Of a stretch of 64,000 bases of DNA, positions 31,988 to 42,542 are shown one piece after another. Every line of letters starts with the position of its first letter. Position 1 is the first letter of the stretch. Where the stretch lies: positions 113,977 to 177,976 of the forward strand of contig CBDANG010000009.1 of assembly GCA_965197485.1 (NCBI GenBank). Reading direction: 5' to 3'. Source of the DNA: Longimicrobiales bacterium (GTDB taxonomy: Bacteria > Gemmatimonadota > Gemmatimonadetes > Longimicrobiales > Gaopeijiaceae). The notes beneath the pieces are model-generated. The model was not told where the DNA came from. It saw nothing but the letters and a program-made list of their open reading frames with translations, and made no database searches. The position numbers were made by a program, and so were the translations under genes.

Positions 31988-33413
31988 CCGACGGGGGGGC
32001 TGCCGTGTTGCTCGCGGCCCGAGCGCTATCGTACTCAGTCGTGACTTCGTCGAACCGCGTGTGCTGCTTGTGGAAGTACAGACTCAAGGTTCCAGTCGGC
32101 CCGTTTCTCTGCTTACTCACGATCAGCTCGGCCTTGCCCTCCAGTGGGTTCCCATCCTCATCCAGGCCTGACGAACTGTAATACCCTGGCCGGTACAGGA
32201 ACATGACGAGATCGGCATCCTGCTCGATCGAACCAGAATCGCGGAGGTCCGAGAGCTGAGGTCTGTGATCCATCCGCTGCTCCGGGCCCCGTGAGAGCTG
32301 CGAGACGGCGATCACGGGGACATCCAGCTCACGCGCCAAGGCCTTCAGGCCACGGGAGATCTGGCTCACCTCTTGCTGTCGGCTCTCGAGCCGTCCGGAT
32401 CCCGCCATGAGCTGGAGATAGTCGATCACCAGCAGCCCGATACCGGCCTCCGCCTTGAGCCTTCGTGCTTTGGCTCGCATCTCCAGCACCGTTCCACCGG
32501 GGGAGTCGTCGATCCAGATGGGCGCGGTATTGAGCTTCGCTCCCGCAGTCCCGATCCGCTGGTAGTCGGAGGAGGAGAGGCGGCCGGTGCGCAGGTTCTG
32601 AGAGTCGACTCGAGCCTCCGAGCAGAGAAGCCGATAGACGAGCTGCTCTTTGGACATCTCCAGCGAGAAGAGGGCCACGGGAACCTTGTGGTCGATCGCT
32701 GCGTTCTGAGCAGCGTTCAGGACCCAGGAGGTCTTTCCCATCGCTGGACGGGCCGCGACGATCACCAAATCTCCATTCTGAAGCCCGGTGGTCATATGAT
32801 CCAAGCGCCGAAACCCCGTTGGCACGCCGGTCAGTCCACCCTTGCTTTCCTGAAGCCTCTCGATGTTCTCAAATGCCTCCCAAAGGAGGTCCTTGATCCA
32901 GACGAACTCACCCCGATCGTGACTGTCCGCAACCTGGAAGACCCTGGCCTCCGCCTCATCCACCAGCTCGTCGACGGAGCGGTCCCCCGGTTCGTACACA
33001 TCCTGGATCGTCCGAGTAGAGGCGTCGATAAGCCTGCGCAGGAGTGCCTTGTCCCGTACGATGCGGGCATGATACTGGATGTTCGCAGCGGTGGGGACCG
33101 CATCCAGGAGCTCGGCCAGATACTCGAGACCCCCCATCCGGTCCAGCTCCCCCATACTCTGGAGGTGATCTCCTACCGTTACGACATCTATCGCGGTCCT
33201 CTTCTCCTGTAGGTGACGCATCGCCCTGAAGAGGACACGATGCGCCTCCCTGAAGAACATCGAGTCATCCACGACATCTTCGAGCTTGACGATGGACTCG
33301 GAGTCGATCAGGACGCCGCCTAGAACCGAGACTTCCGCCTCCATCGAGAAAGGCGGCTCCCGATCGTATCGGGCGCTTGGACGACCTTCAGGGCTAGCGA
33401 TCAACGAGGACAC
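31971..33413 (-). CDS. dnaB: replicative DNA helicase
   Basis: Contains PPFSMEAEVSVLGG, Walker A ARPAMGKTSW, LLVIDYLQLM and IAVSQLSRG. GTG start. Confidence 0.95.
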   Translation of the reverse strand: MSSLIASPEGRPSARYDREPPFSMEAEVSVLGGVLIDSESIVKLEDVVDDSMFFREAHRVLFRAMRHLQEKRTAIDVVTVGDHLQSMGELDRMGGLEYLAELLDAVPTAANIQYHARIVRDKALLRRLIDASTRTIQDVYEPGDRSVDELVDEAEARVFQVADSHDRGEFVWIKDLLWEAFENIERLQESKGGLTGVPTGFRRLDHMTTGLQNGDLVIVAARPAMGKTSWVLNAAQNAAIDHKVPVALFSLEMSKEQLVYRLLCSEARVDSQNLRTGRLSSSDYQRIGTAGAKLNTAPIWIDDSPGGTVLEMRAKARRLKAEAGIGLLVIDYLQLMAGSGRLESRQQEVSQISRGLKALARELDVPVIAVSQLSRGPEQRMDHRPQLSDLRDSGSIEQDADLVMFLYRPGYYSSSGLDEDGNPLEGKAELIVSKQRNGPTGTLSLYFHKQHTRFDEVTTEYDSARAASNTAAPPSGDAPF

Positions 33414-33469
33414 GAGGACTTCATGTAGAATATGAGACTATATGGTGTACATATATTACGTACTGTTAT

Positions 33470-34258
33470 CTATCGGCCATCTAGGACGTCACGAAGGAGC
33501 TGCAGATCGTCCCACGTCGAGCGTGTCCAACCCGGGTTTCTCAAAAGTGCGGCCGGATGGTACGTGACCACCAAGGGAATCCCCTCATAAGCATACACCT
33601 CACCGCGTAGCTTTCCCAGGGGGCGGTCGACGCCGGAGAGTAGCTGCCCAGCGAAAGTGCCCACCGCGAGGATCACCTCGGGCCGAACGAGGGCGATTTG
33701 CTGACGGAGGAAGGGCGCGCACGTGTCGATCTCATCCGGACGAGGGTTCCTGTTTCCCGGAGGCCGACACTTGATCACGTTACAAATGTAGACCGACTCC
33801 TCTCTGGATAGATCCACCGCCGCTAGAAGAAGATCCAGTAGCTTCCCGGCAGCCCCGACGAAGGGGAGTCCGGTCCGATCCTCATTTGCACCTGGGGCCT
33901 CACCGACGACCATGACGCGGGCATCCGAGTTGCCGTCAGCAAATACGACTTGCTTGCGCTCGCCGGAGAGGCGACACCGGGTACACGCCAATGCCTCTGC
34001 CCTGAGCGCCTCGTAGCGTTCGGGAAGTACGGCGAAAGACGCTGACACCGGCAGTAGTGTCTCGACACGGGTTGTCCCGGGTCCGAGGTTTTCCAGCCCA
34101 GTGCCCCCGCGGTCAATCTTAGGCCGGGCAGCCGCCCGACTTGCCATCTGGAGCGCTTGCTCTCGTGACAAACCCTCGAGGATCCAATCGCCGGCACCTA
34201 GTTCGTCGCGCTGACGGACAAAGCGAGCAGCCTCCGACGCCTTCGGTAGGGATGGCAC
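33470..34258 (-). CDS. uracil-DNA glycosylase, family 4
   Basis: Contains [34 protein letters not shown] and [10 protein letters not shown]. There is an N-terminal extension of about 90 aa. Confidence 0.85.
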   Translation of the reverse strand: MPSLPKASEAARFVRQRDELGAGDWILEGLSREQALQMASRAAARPKIDRGGTGLENLGPGTTRVETLLPVSASFAVLPERYEALRAEALACTRCRLSGERKQVVFADGNSDARVMVVGEAPGANEDRTGLPFVGAAGKLLDLLLAAVDLSREESVYICNVIKCRPPGNRNPRPDEIDTCAPFLRQQIALVRPEVILAVGTFAGQLLSGVDRPLGKLRGEVYAYEGIPLVVTYHPAALLRNPGWTRSTWDDLQLLRDVLDGR

Positions 34259-34266
34259 GAGTTCGG

Positions 34267-35508
34267 CTACCCTCCCGGCGGTCTCAGGGACCGCACCCGA
34301 TCCAGGATCTCTCGCGCAACGTCTTCCTTCGACTGCAAGGGAAGTGACTCCTCCCCTCCCTCCCTCGAGTAGAGGGTGACCCGATTGGTTAGCACATCGA
34401 AACCCGCCCCATCTTCCAGTGGATCATTGGCCACGACGAGGTCGAATTCCTTCTCCTTCAGCTTCTTGGTGGCGCCTGCCCCCAGCTCTTCGGTCTCCAG
34501 CGCAAAGCCCACCGTCACGGCTTCAGGGTGACGCAGATTCCGGGTCTCCAGCGCGACGTCTGGATTCTCGACCAGAGTCAGCGGCATAGCTCCATCCACA
34601 TCCGATCGCTTGATCTTCTCACTTCGAGCTTCGAGCGGCCTGAAATCCGACACGGCCGCAGAAAAAAAGAGGAATCGAGCCGCGGGAATGGCTTCGCTGA
34701 CCTCGGCGAGCATCTCCTCAGCCGTCTCTACGGATCGGGTCGACACCCCCACGGGAGCCGTTAGAACGGACGGGCCCGTAATGAGGGTGACGTTCGCCCC
34801 CCTCAGCCAAGCTTCTCTGGCAAGCGCGAAGCCCATCCGCCCGGAAGATCGATTCCCGACGAAGCGAATCGGATCGATCGGCTCACGGGTGGGGCCCGCC
34901 GTCACCAAAACGGTGCGACCTTCGAAGTCCCCTTCCACCCCGATCGCACGCCCCACGTGCTCACAGATCTCCTCCGGTTCGAGCATGCGCCCTGCACCCT
35001 CCCCTTCCCCCGCAGCAAGGGGACCGGCGGCCGGACCGATGATCCGGTGGCCCAACACGTCTCGGCAGTGCTCGAGATTCCTCTCGGTCTGGGGATGCGC
35101 GTACATCGAATCGTTCATCGCCGGCGCAAGGAGCACCGGCGAGCGGGTGGACAAGAGAACGGCTGTCAGGAGATCATTCGAGCGACCGTGCGCCGCTCGA
35201 GCGATCAGGTCGGCGGTCGCGGGTGCAACGACAACGACATCGGCCTCCGCTCCCAGGCGCAGGTGAAGCGCCGAACCTTCGACGGAGAGAAAGCTCCGAT
35301 ACACCTCTCGGCCCGTGACCCCCTGGAAGGTAAGGGGGGCGACGAATGCCCCCGCCGAGCGGGTCATTATGGTGTCGACGGAGGCTCCCAGCCGCGTGAG
35401 GTCGCGGGCCAGCTGAACAGTCTTGTACGCCGCGATGCCTCCGGTCACTCCGAGAACGACTCGCCGCCCCGCCCACGGCGGGCGGGGGACTAGAGACCGG
35501 TGGAGCAC
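34267..35508 (-). CDS. coaBC: bifunctional phosphopantothenoylcysteine decarboxylase / synthetase
   Basis: Contains VVLGVTGGIAAYK, PAMNDSMY and GPTREPIDPIRFVGNRSSGRMG. Confidence 0.9.
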   Translation of the reverse strand: MLHRSLVPRPPWAGRRVVLGVTGGIAAYKTVQLARDLTRLGASVDTIMTRSAGAFVAPLTFQGVTGREVYRSFLSVEGSALHLRLGAEADVVVVAPATADLIARAAHGRSNDLLTAVLLSTRSPVLLAPAMNDSMYAHPQTERNLEHCRDVLGHRIIGPAAGPLAAGEGEGAGRMLEPEEICEHVGRAIGVEGDFEGRTVLVTAGPTREPIDPIRFVGNRSSGRMGFALAREAWLRGANVTLITGPSVLTAPVGVSTRSVETAEEMLAEVSEAIPAARFLFFSAAVSDFRPLEARSEKIKRSDVDGAMPLTLVENPDVALETRNLRHPEAVTVGFALETEELGAGATKKLKEKEFDLVVANDPLEDGAGFDVLTNRVTLYSREGGEESLPLQSKEDVAREILDRVRSLRPPGG

Positions 35509-35509
35509 C

Positions 35510-35728
35510 TCACTGCCCTTCGACCTTGCGGCGACCTACCAGGCGAAACTCGATCTGTCCGGACGTCAACGCCTCCAGCGACCGGGTAGTCAGCTTTTCT
35601 TCCTCCCCAAGCGGTTTCAAGTCGCGTGGGAGAGAGTTCAACTCACGGGCGTATTTGGCCGCTACCAGGACGCCGAGGTATTTGCTTCCTGTATTCCCTT
35701 CCAGCTGGGAAGGAGTGAAGACTCTCAC
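35510..35728 (-). CDS. rpoZ: DNA-directed RNA polymerase subunit omega
   Basis: 72 aa containing ...GSKYLGVLVAAKYARELN..., in the conserved position beside gmk. Confidence 0.8.
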   Translation of the reverse strand: MRVFTPSQLEGNTGSKYLGVLVAAKYARELNSLPRDLKPLGEEEKLTTRSLEALTSGQIEFRLVGRRKVEGQ

Positions 35729-35801
35729 GTCGGTGGTTCCTCAGGTGTGGGCGCCGGGTCGCGCGCCAGCGCAGTCATAGGATTCGGGTTCAAGAACGCT
35801 A

Positions 35802-36479
35802 CTACCCTCGGGTGGGCCCGCGGGCTCCCTCGTGGGACAGTATCTCGTCGATCTCGTGCCGGATCCGAGAAACGGCTTCGCCTAGCCCTAGGACAGTTCG
35901 CGTCGAATGGGTCTCCGCGCGTACGACCGTGCGAATCCGCCCGACGGCCAGATCGAGATCATCGTTTACGACTACGTAGTCGAAGTCCAATGCCTCTCCC
36001 ATCTCTTCGCGAGCAGCTAGAAGACGCCTGCCCACCTCCTCGGGATCCTCGGTGCTGCGGGAGGTCAGCCTCGTCCGGAGATCCGTGGCCGTCGGAGGGA
36101 AGACAAAGATTAGCAGCGCCTGGGGAACGCTTTGCCGAATCTGACGCGCCCCCTGTACATCAATGTCGAGAACCGCGAACTGATCGGCCTTGGCGGCACT
36201 CTCGAGAGCCCGATTCGGTGTACCGTAGAGATTGCCGTGCACCTCCGCCCATTCGGCCAATTCTCCGCGCTCGATCATTTCCTCGAACTCGGCGCGGGTT
36301 ATGAAGTCGTAGTCCTTTCCATGGCGCTCTCCCTGTCTCGGGACCCTAGTGGTGGCGGACACAGAGAACACAAAGTCCGAGGACCGATTCACGAGCTCAT
36401 GGGCAATCGTGGTTTTGCCGGTACCGCTGGGTGCAGCCAGGACCACGGGGAACCGTCGGTGCCGGAGCCCTGTGCTCAT
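35802..36479 (-). CDS. gmk: guanylate kinase
   Basis: Contains APSGTGKTT, SATTRVPRQGERHGKDYDF and YGT. Confidence 0.9.
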   Translation of the reverse strand: MSTGLRHRRFPVVLAAPSGTGKTTIAHELVNRSSDFVFSVSATTRVPRQGERHGKDYDFITRAEFEEMIERGELAEWAEVHGNLYGTPNRALESAAKADQFAVLDIDVQGARQIRQSVPQALLIFVFPPTATDLRTRLTSRSTEDPEEVGRRLLAAREEMGEALDFDYVVVNDDLDLAVGRIRTVVRAETHSTRTVLGLGEAVSRIRHEIDEILSHEGARGPTRG

Positions 36480-37384
36480 TCGATGTTCTCTAGCTGTTCC
36501 CTCAGCCGCTCGATCTCCTCCTTCAGGGCAACCACTCCGCGGGTGATCTCGGCATCGTTGGCCTTCGAGCCCATGGTGTTGGCCTCCCGGAGCAGCTCCT
36601 GGACGATGAAACCGAGTCGCTTCCCTACCCCGCCGGGATCTCCGTCCTGGAGCGCCTGGCGGAACATTTCCACGTGAGACCGGAAGCGAACCACCTCCTC
36701 ATGGACGTCCCACCGCTCAGCGAGATGAGCGATCTCCCGCGCGATCCGCTCCTCGTCAACGGCGACCTTCCCATCGAGGAGGCCTTGGACGGCAGCCCGC
36801 AGACGATCTCTTTCTGCTGTCAACCGCCCGGGAGCCCTCGCTTCGACGCCCGCAAGCTCGGCCTCCATGGCATCTAGTCGAGCGGAGAGGTCCTCACGGA
36901 GGAAAGCGCCCTCTTCTTCCCTGGCCGCTACGGTGCTCCGCGCCGCCTCATATATCGCTTCAAAGAGGTGATCCTCGGGGAGCTCACGGCGCGCCGCATC
37001 CAGCTCGGGCTCTTCGAAGATGCCCCGGTACCGTGAGAGGACCCCGACATCGATGGAGCCCTCCAGGCCTAGCTCCTCCTGGAGGGAGCGCAGTCCCTTT
37101 ACGTACGCTCTCGCTCGCTCGAGGTCCACGCCAATCGCGCGAGCATCGGCCGGCGACTCCACGCGCTCCAGGCTAACGCTCACCGTCACCTGGCCCCGGA
37201 CAAAGTGTTCCCTCAGGGACCGCTCGAGGCCGCGATGGTGCCGCTCGAGCCCCGGTGGCCCGCGGAACTGGACGTTCAGATAGCGACCGTTGACAGTTCG
37301 GATCTCGACCCGCAGCCGTCCGTGCTCAAGGTCGCGGTCCGACTCCCCGTACCCGGTCATGCTCCGAATGGATGCGGTCGACAT
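36476..37384 (-). CDS. yicC: YicC-family stress-induced protein
   Basis: Contains IRSMTGYG, RTVNGRYL and the C-terminal LLREANTMGSKAND...KEEIERLREQLENIE. Confidence 0.85.
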   Translation of the reverse strand: MSTASIRSMTGYGESDRDLEHGRLRVEIRTVNGRYLNVQFRGPPGLERHHRGLERSLREHFVRGQVTVSVSLERVESPADARAIGVDLERARAYVKGLRSLQEELGLEGSIDVGVLSRYRGIFEEPELDAARRELPEDHLFEAIYEAARSTVAAREEEGAFLREDLSARLDAMEAELAGVEARAPGRLTAERDRLRAAVQGLLDGKVAVDEERIAREIAHLAERWDVHEEVVRFRSHVEMFRQALQDGDPGGVGKRLGFIVQELLREANTMGSKANDAEITRGVVALKEEIERLREQLENIE

Positions 37385-37452
37385 TCACGATCGGCCTATC
37401 GAGGACTCCGCCACTTTGAAAAGACGAGCAGGAAGCTAACCGCCGGAAGGCG

Positions 37453-39504
37453 TCAGTTCCACATCGTCCAACGGATCCCGTACATCGCCCGCGTCTGGGG
37501 TAGAATACGGCCCGGATAGTCCTGGTTCCTCTGCCGCACCGTGAGGTTATCCCACAGCACGAAAATCCGGACTGAAGAGATTCGGACCTGAAGACGTGCA
37601 AACCAGCTCTGATAGAACGGGACGGTTTCCAAGCCGCCCTCGACTGCGGAGGGCACCGTCATCGGTTCGCGCCCGATGGCCCCGACGTCAGTCCAGAGTT
37701 CGAGGTTCCCGCTCTCGAAGTACACATTGTGAAGGGAGAGCCTCGCCTCGTAGCTGCGCTCGGGAAGGTAGCGCCATGGCTCAGTCTGGCTCCAGAACTG
37801 AGTACTCCCTCTTAGGGATAGTCCGGACAGCACTCGATTGAGCGGGAGGGCAGCCGCAAGCTCGAACCCACTCTGACTCCCTCCTAGGGTCGGTGGGCCA
37901 CCCCGATCCGTAGGAAGTCCGATGGGCTGGAGAGAATCAGCTTCGATGGATAGGAGAGCCGCACCCAAGAAGATCTCTCCTCGCCGATACTCGAGTCCGG
38001 CCCGCGTCCCGGTCCGCTCGGTGAACGAAACAGCCGTTGCCGCGCGCTCCATGGGCTGCATCTGAAACCGGGGCCATCCGGGTACGCCGAGAGAAGCCGG
38101 GGGATCGGCGACGGAGTCTGGCTCCACCTCCGGAGGCACCCAGAACGGAACGCCGAATGTCCCGTCCTCCATCTCCCCGAAGAGCGAGAAACCAAATAGA
38201 GGGCGCGTCCACACCCGCCCGTGCAGCGCGACCACATTCTGACTGTCTTGCCAACCCTGCCGATCGACCGTGAGGGACGCCCCCCCCGCTCGAGCGAGGG
38301 TTCCACCGGCTCGGATCGTCTGATTCGAGGATGGCCACCCCGGCCCCCCCTGAGACCGATACTCCGCATCGATCCACCAGTTGCCCCGAGCCATGGAGAG
38401 GTGCGCACCTCGTTGCGCCCTCGGCTCTCGATTAACGAGAGCCTCGTCTGTAGAGCCGATGGTGCTGCCGGTCTCCGCCGCAAGGGACGACCGCTGGAGG
38501 AATCCGCCCACTTGGATCCACGGGGCCAACTCGTAACGAGCTTTCAAGCCCCAATCCGTGCGCTCGATGTCCGACGGCTCCCAGACCTCTTCCGGCCTTT
38601 GCGACGTCATGCGACGGAGCTCCCACGCGACACCCAACTTCTCGCCCCGAAAGATCGCGTGACGCACGTGTGCTCCAAAGGAGACCCCGGGCTCCCGGCC
38701 CCCCGGGCCCCGCGTATCGATTCGGTCCAACGCGACGATTATGTTGCCACCCAGGGCATCTGGATGCGCGAAGACGCCCCGGAACAGGTTTGTGTCGAGG
38801 TCTCCGGTTCCAACCTCGAGGAACGAGTACGGCCTGGGATCCGAGAACTGAAGGGGGAAGAGCTCCACCCGAAGTTCTCCCAATCTTCGCTCGACCCGAA
38901 CGCGGTCTAGACCCGCGATTCCCGTTCGCGACAGGTCGACCACCCCTCCATCGAGGGGAGGCATCTCCGCGCCATCCACATAGACGCGAATCCTACCTGC
39001 GCCGCCGCCGAAGGCCGTGGCTGTCGAGGGCTGACCATGGTCGCCTCCCCTCAGCGGAATGACCCCCGGTACCTCTTCTAGGAGCTCTAGGACGGTGAGA
39101 GCCCGCGTGCTGCGAAGGCCCTCTCGGTCCCACTCCCAGACTCCCGTCGCCCAGGTGGCCGGAACCGGCGTCGGTCGCGAGGCGAGATTGCGGGGAACGA
39201 ACTCCTCCACCTCCAAGGTATCCGGGGGCGCCGCAGTGCTATCCGCCTGCAAGGTGTCGGCCACAAGAACGCTGTCCGTGACTCCAGCCGCCGTCACGGT
39301 GTCTTGTTGGACGAGTGGGACGGTCCAGAGCACCTCAGGCGGCGTGAACTCTGCGCGGGCAGGCGCCGCCAAGGAAAGAATGATCGGGAGAAGTGCGACC
39401 CGAAGCGCTCGGTTCCGCGTCGAACGACAGCCGGAGAATGCGCGGGGCTGGCAGCGTAGGTTGGCCACCCGGCTTCGGGTCACCCCGCGCGGTCCCAGAT
39501 CCAT
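37453..39504 (-). CDS. outer-membrane protein with TonB-dependent-receptor plug-like domain
   Basis: It has a signal-like LRVALLPIILSLAAPARA, a plug-like segment VLELLEEVPGVIPLRGG...IRVYVDGAEMPPLDGG...LDRVRVER, and then a long beta-rich region. Start is tentatively ATG 39504; the track ORF runs to 39741 inside pepA. Confidence 0.5.
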   Translation of the reverse strand: MDLGPRGVTRSRVANLRCQPRAFSGCRSTRNRALRVALLPIILSLAAPARAEFTPPEVLWTVPLVQQDTVTAAGVTDSVLVADTLQADSTAAPPDTLEVEEFVPRNLASRPTPVPATWATGVWEWDREGLRSTRALTVLELLEEVPGVIPLRGGDHGQPSTATAFGGGAGRIRVYVDGAEMPPLDGGVVDLSRTGIAGLDRVRVERRLGELRVELFPLQFSDPRPYSFLEVGTGDLDTNLFRGVFAHPDALGGNIIVALDRIDTRGPGGREPGVSFGAHVRHAIFRGEKLGVAWELRRMTSQRPEEVWEPSDIERTDWGLKARYELAPWIQVGGFLQRSSLAAETGSTIGSTDEALVNREPRAQRGAHLSMARGNWWIDAEYRSQGGPGWPSSNQTIRAGGTLARAGGASLTVDRQGWQDSQNVVALHGRVWTRPLFGFSLFGEMEDGTFGVPFWVPPEVEPDSVADPPASLGVPGWPRFQMQPMERAATAVSFTERTGTRAGLEYRRGEIFLGAALLSIEADSLQPIGLPTDRGGPPTLGGSQSGFELAAALPLNRVLSGLSLRGSTQFWSQTEPWRYLPERSYEARLSLHNVYFESGNLELWTDVGAIGREPMTVPSAVEGGLETVPFYQSWFARLQVRISSVRIFVLWDNLTVRQRNQDYPGRILPQTRAMYGIRWTMWN

Positions 39505-41024
39505 TCCAACAACAACCGGGTGGGAAACCCGAACCCGCCCTTGCGTTGATACGGTGCTGTGGGGTCGCCGTACGCTGTACCTGCGATATCCAGGTGAGCC
39601 CACTTCGCATCTCCCACGAACTCCGAAAGGAACAGCGCCGCGGTGATGGTACCCGCGGGTCGTCCGCCAACGTTCTTGAGATCCGCCGTCGGGCTCTCTA
39701 GTTGCTTCCGATATGGGTCCCACATTGGCAGCGGCCAGCACCGCTCACCGGCTCGATCGCCTGCCTCCCGAAGCTCCGAGATCAGCTCATCGTCGTTCCC
39801 CAGAACTGCCGCGGCGTGATGACCGAGTGCGATCACGCATGCGCCAGTCAGCGTAGCACAGTCGACGACGGCCGCCGGCGAATAGTGATCCACAACGTAG
39901 GAAAGGGCGTCGGCGAGAATGAGCCGTCCCTCGGCGTCCGTGTTGATCACCTCAACCGTCTTTCCCGCACGGGTCTGGATGACATCTCCGGGCTTGGTTG
40001 CCGCACCCGAGAGAAGATTCTCGGACGCGGGGACGACGGCGACCACGTTCGCTGGGGGTTTGAGTTCGCCGATAGCCTTCATCGCCCCGAGCACGGCTGC
40101 ACCCCCAGACATGTCGTACTTCATATCCTCCATTCCGGCGGCCGGCTTTATCGAGATCCCGCCCGCGTCGAAGGTCAGCCCTTTTCCGACGAGGGCGAGC
40201 ACGGGTGAATCCTCATCCCCCCCCCGATGCTCCAGGACGATGAGCCGCGGCTCCTCATCCGATCCGGCTGACACGGCCAGAATGGCCTCCATCCCCTCGG
40301 CAATTAGCTCCACAGGTCCCAAGATCCGCGACACGAAGCCGTATTCATCAGCCAACCCGAGGGCAACATCAGCCAGATGCGACGGAGTAGCGAAATTACC
40401 TGGCCACCACTGAAGATCTCTTGCCAGTCGCTCTCCGTCGGCAAACGCCGTGCCGATTCGGACGCCCCGCGCTGCCTCCTGGGGGTTGCCCCCAACCGAT
40501 AGAACAAGCTCCCCGACCAAGGGCTTGGGTCTCTCGGACGCCTCCCTTGAGTTCCCGGCTACCCCCGACGCATCGGCCTCTGGGGGTGTTGACTTGAGTT
40601 CCCTAAAGTCCCAAGCCGCTAGAGCTCCCCCTTCGGCAGCAGCCTTGGCGACCTCAAGCACGTCTCCGAGGTCCGCTCCAACGTGCAGAGCTAGCCGAGT
40701 CAATGAGAGCGACTCTGCCTTGCGGACGGAACGAGCAACAAGCTTGCGTACCCGCTCGGCGCCTCCCTCGGATCGGGACCCCGCACCGACGAAGAGCAGC
40801 CGCGCAGGACCTTGTTCCTGGCCTTCGGGGGCGTAGAAGAGGGCGTCTTCACCCTCCTTCCCGCGGAAGTCCCCCGCCTCCCGTGCGCGCGAGAAACCAC
40901 CGTCGAGCAACGCGTCAGCCCGGGCGACCTGCTCCCCGAGCTCTGGGTCATCCTCGAATACGGTGAGCGCCAACAGCGGCACTTCGATGGAGAAGGGATC
41001 GTCTTGCGAGAGTCGTACTTGCAT
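39480..41024 (-). CDS. pepA: leucyl aminopeptidase (M17)
   Basis: Contains VGKGLTFDAGGISIKP, MKYDMSGGAAVLG and INTDAEGRLILADAL. Confidence 0.9.
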   Translation of the reverse strand: MQVRLSQDDPFSIEVPLLALTVFEDDPELGEQVARADALLDGGFSRAREAGDFRGKEGEDALFYAPEGQEQGPARLLFVGAGSRSEGGAERVRKLVARSVRKAESLSLTRLALHVGADLGDVLEVAKAAAEGGALAAWDFRELKSTPPEADASGVAGNSREASERPKPLVGELVLSVGGNPQEAARGVRIGTAFADGERLARDLQWWPGNFATPSHLADVALGLADEYGFVSRILGPVELIAEGMEAILAVSAGSDEEPRLIVLEHRGGDEDSPVLALVGKGLTFDAGGISIKPAAGMEDMKYDMSGGAAVLGAMKAIGELKPPANVVAVVPASENLLSGAATKPGDVIQTRAGKTVEVINTDAEGRLILADALSYVVDHYSPAAVVDCATLTGACVIALGHHAAAVLGNDDELISELREAGDRAGERCWPLPMWDPYRKQLESPTADLKNVGGRPAGTITAALFLSEFVGDAKWAHLDIAGTAYGDPTAPYQRKGGFGFPTRLLLEWIWDRAG

Positions 41025-41054
41025 GGTGAGCGGCTAGACCGGTTCCTCTCTCTC

Positions 41055-42293
41055 TTACATATGCTGAACGACTTCCTCAGCGAACTGTGAGGTGCCTACC
41101 TTCGTGGCGCCTTCCATCTGACGCTCCAGATCGTACGTCACTGTCTTGGATCCGACCGCCCCCTCGAGACCCCGCTCGACGAGCGCGGCCGCATCGTCCC
41201 AACCTATGTAATTCAGCATCATTGCCGCAGAGAGAATGAGTGACCCCGGGTTCACCTTATCCTGACCGGCATATTTCGGAGCGGTCCCATGGGTCGCCTC
41301 GAACAGCGCAACCTCATCGCCGACGTTCGCGCCCGGCGCCATCCCCAGCCCACCGACCTGCGCGGCACAGGCGTCAGAGAGGTAATCCCCGTTGAGATTG
41401 GGCGTGGCGAGGATATCGTACTCGTCCGGTCTCAGGAGTACCTGCTGGAACATCGCGTCCGCAATCCGGTCCCCGATCACGATGCGATCCCCGGCCTCCT
41501 CCCCATTCCAGATTCTCGACTCCACGATCGTCCTGTCCGGAAACCGCTCCTCAGCGACTTCGTATCCCCAGTCGGAAAACGCACCCTCAGTGAACTTCAT
41601 GATGTTCCCCTTGTGGACGAGCGTCACCGCCGACCGCCTGCGATCCAGTGCATACTGAATCGCTGCCCCCACATGGCGCTTCGTCCCAAAAGGAGAGATG
41701 GGCTTGATCCCGATTCCGCTGGATTCCCTAACATTCGCCCCCATCTCCTCCACCAGAAACCGCAGGACCTTCTTCGCCTCCTCGGTCCCCGACTCCCATT
41801 CGATTCCGGCGTATACATCCTCTGTATTCTCCCGGAAGATGACGACGTCCAGCCGTTCCGGCTCCTTCATGGGGGAGGGCACGCCTTCGATCCACCGTAC
41901 GGGCCGGATACATGAGTAAAGATCCAGGACCTTTCGCAGTGTCACGTTCAAGGATCGGATCCCGCCGCCCACAGGCGTCGTCAGCGGGCCCTTGATTCCC
42001 ACCTTGAGGTCGCGAAGGGCCTGGAATGTCTCTTCGGGGAGCCAATCGCCGGCAAGCCCGTTTGCCTTCTCGCCAGCGAACACCTCCATCCACTGGATCG
42101 CCCGCTGATCGTCATAGGCCTTCCAAACGGATGCATCGACCACATGCCGTGTGGCTCGCCAGATCTCGGGCCCGATCCCGTCGCCTTCTATGAACGGAAT
42201 GATGGGCCGGTCGGGAACCCCTAATCCGCCCCCTTCTTCTACCGTGATCCGATCTCCAGTGTCCGGAACCCGGGCGTATTCGTATCCCCTCAT
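41055..42293 (-). CDS. icd: isocitrate dehydrogenase (NADP-type, homodimeric)
   Basis: Contains [32 protein letters not shown] and NLNGDYLSD. Confidence 0.9.
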   Translation of the reverse strand: MRGYEYARVPDTGDRITVEEGGGLGVPDRPIIPFIEGDGIGPEIWRATRHVVDASVWKAYDDQRAIQWMEVFAGEKANGLAGDWLPEETFQALRDLKVGIKGPLTTPVGGGIRSLNVTLRKVLDLYSCIRPVRWIEGVPSPMKEPERLDVVIFRENTEDVYAGIEWESGTEEAKKVLRFLVEEMGANVRESSGIGIKPISPFGTKRHVGAAIQYALDRRRSAVTLVHKGNIMKFTEGAFSDWGYEVAEERFPDRTIVESRIWNGEEAGDRIVIGDRIADAMFQQVLLRPDEYDILATPNLNGDYLSDACAAQVGGLGMAPGANVGDEVALFEATHGTAPKYAGQDKVNPGSLILSAAMMLNYIGWDDAAALVERGLEGAVGSKTVTYDLERQMEGATKVGTSQFAEEVVQHM

Positions 42294-42542
42294 CCCGGTC
42301 CGTTCGTTCGAGGATTGACCTGTGCGGGTTCCACAAACGGGGTCCCGCGAGAAGCCTTCAAACTTAGTCTACGCGAGACTGGGGGGGCAACCCGATGGTC
42401 CTGCAGTGACAGGGGTTTTGGGCACATGTCCCTTACGGTCGGGTACGGATCGCGCGGGTCAACCGTTCGGAGCGCGATTGGGCGCCTCGAGGCAGCGGCC
42501 GCGACCTCCCGTACAAGGTCCGTTTCTCGAGTAGGTGCCCAC

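Noticed and set aside
33421-33470. Very AT-rich 50-bp patch (tcatgtagaatatgagactatatggtgtacatatattacgtactgttatc) between dnaB and the UDG gene, considered as an origin, integration scar or LexA/DnaA site.
   Set aside because: It is short and carries several -10-like hexamers on the dnaB strand. There are no repeated DnaA boxes (only one weak TTATCTATC) and no flanking mobile genes. It is most simply the dnaB promoter.
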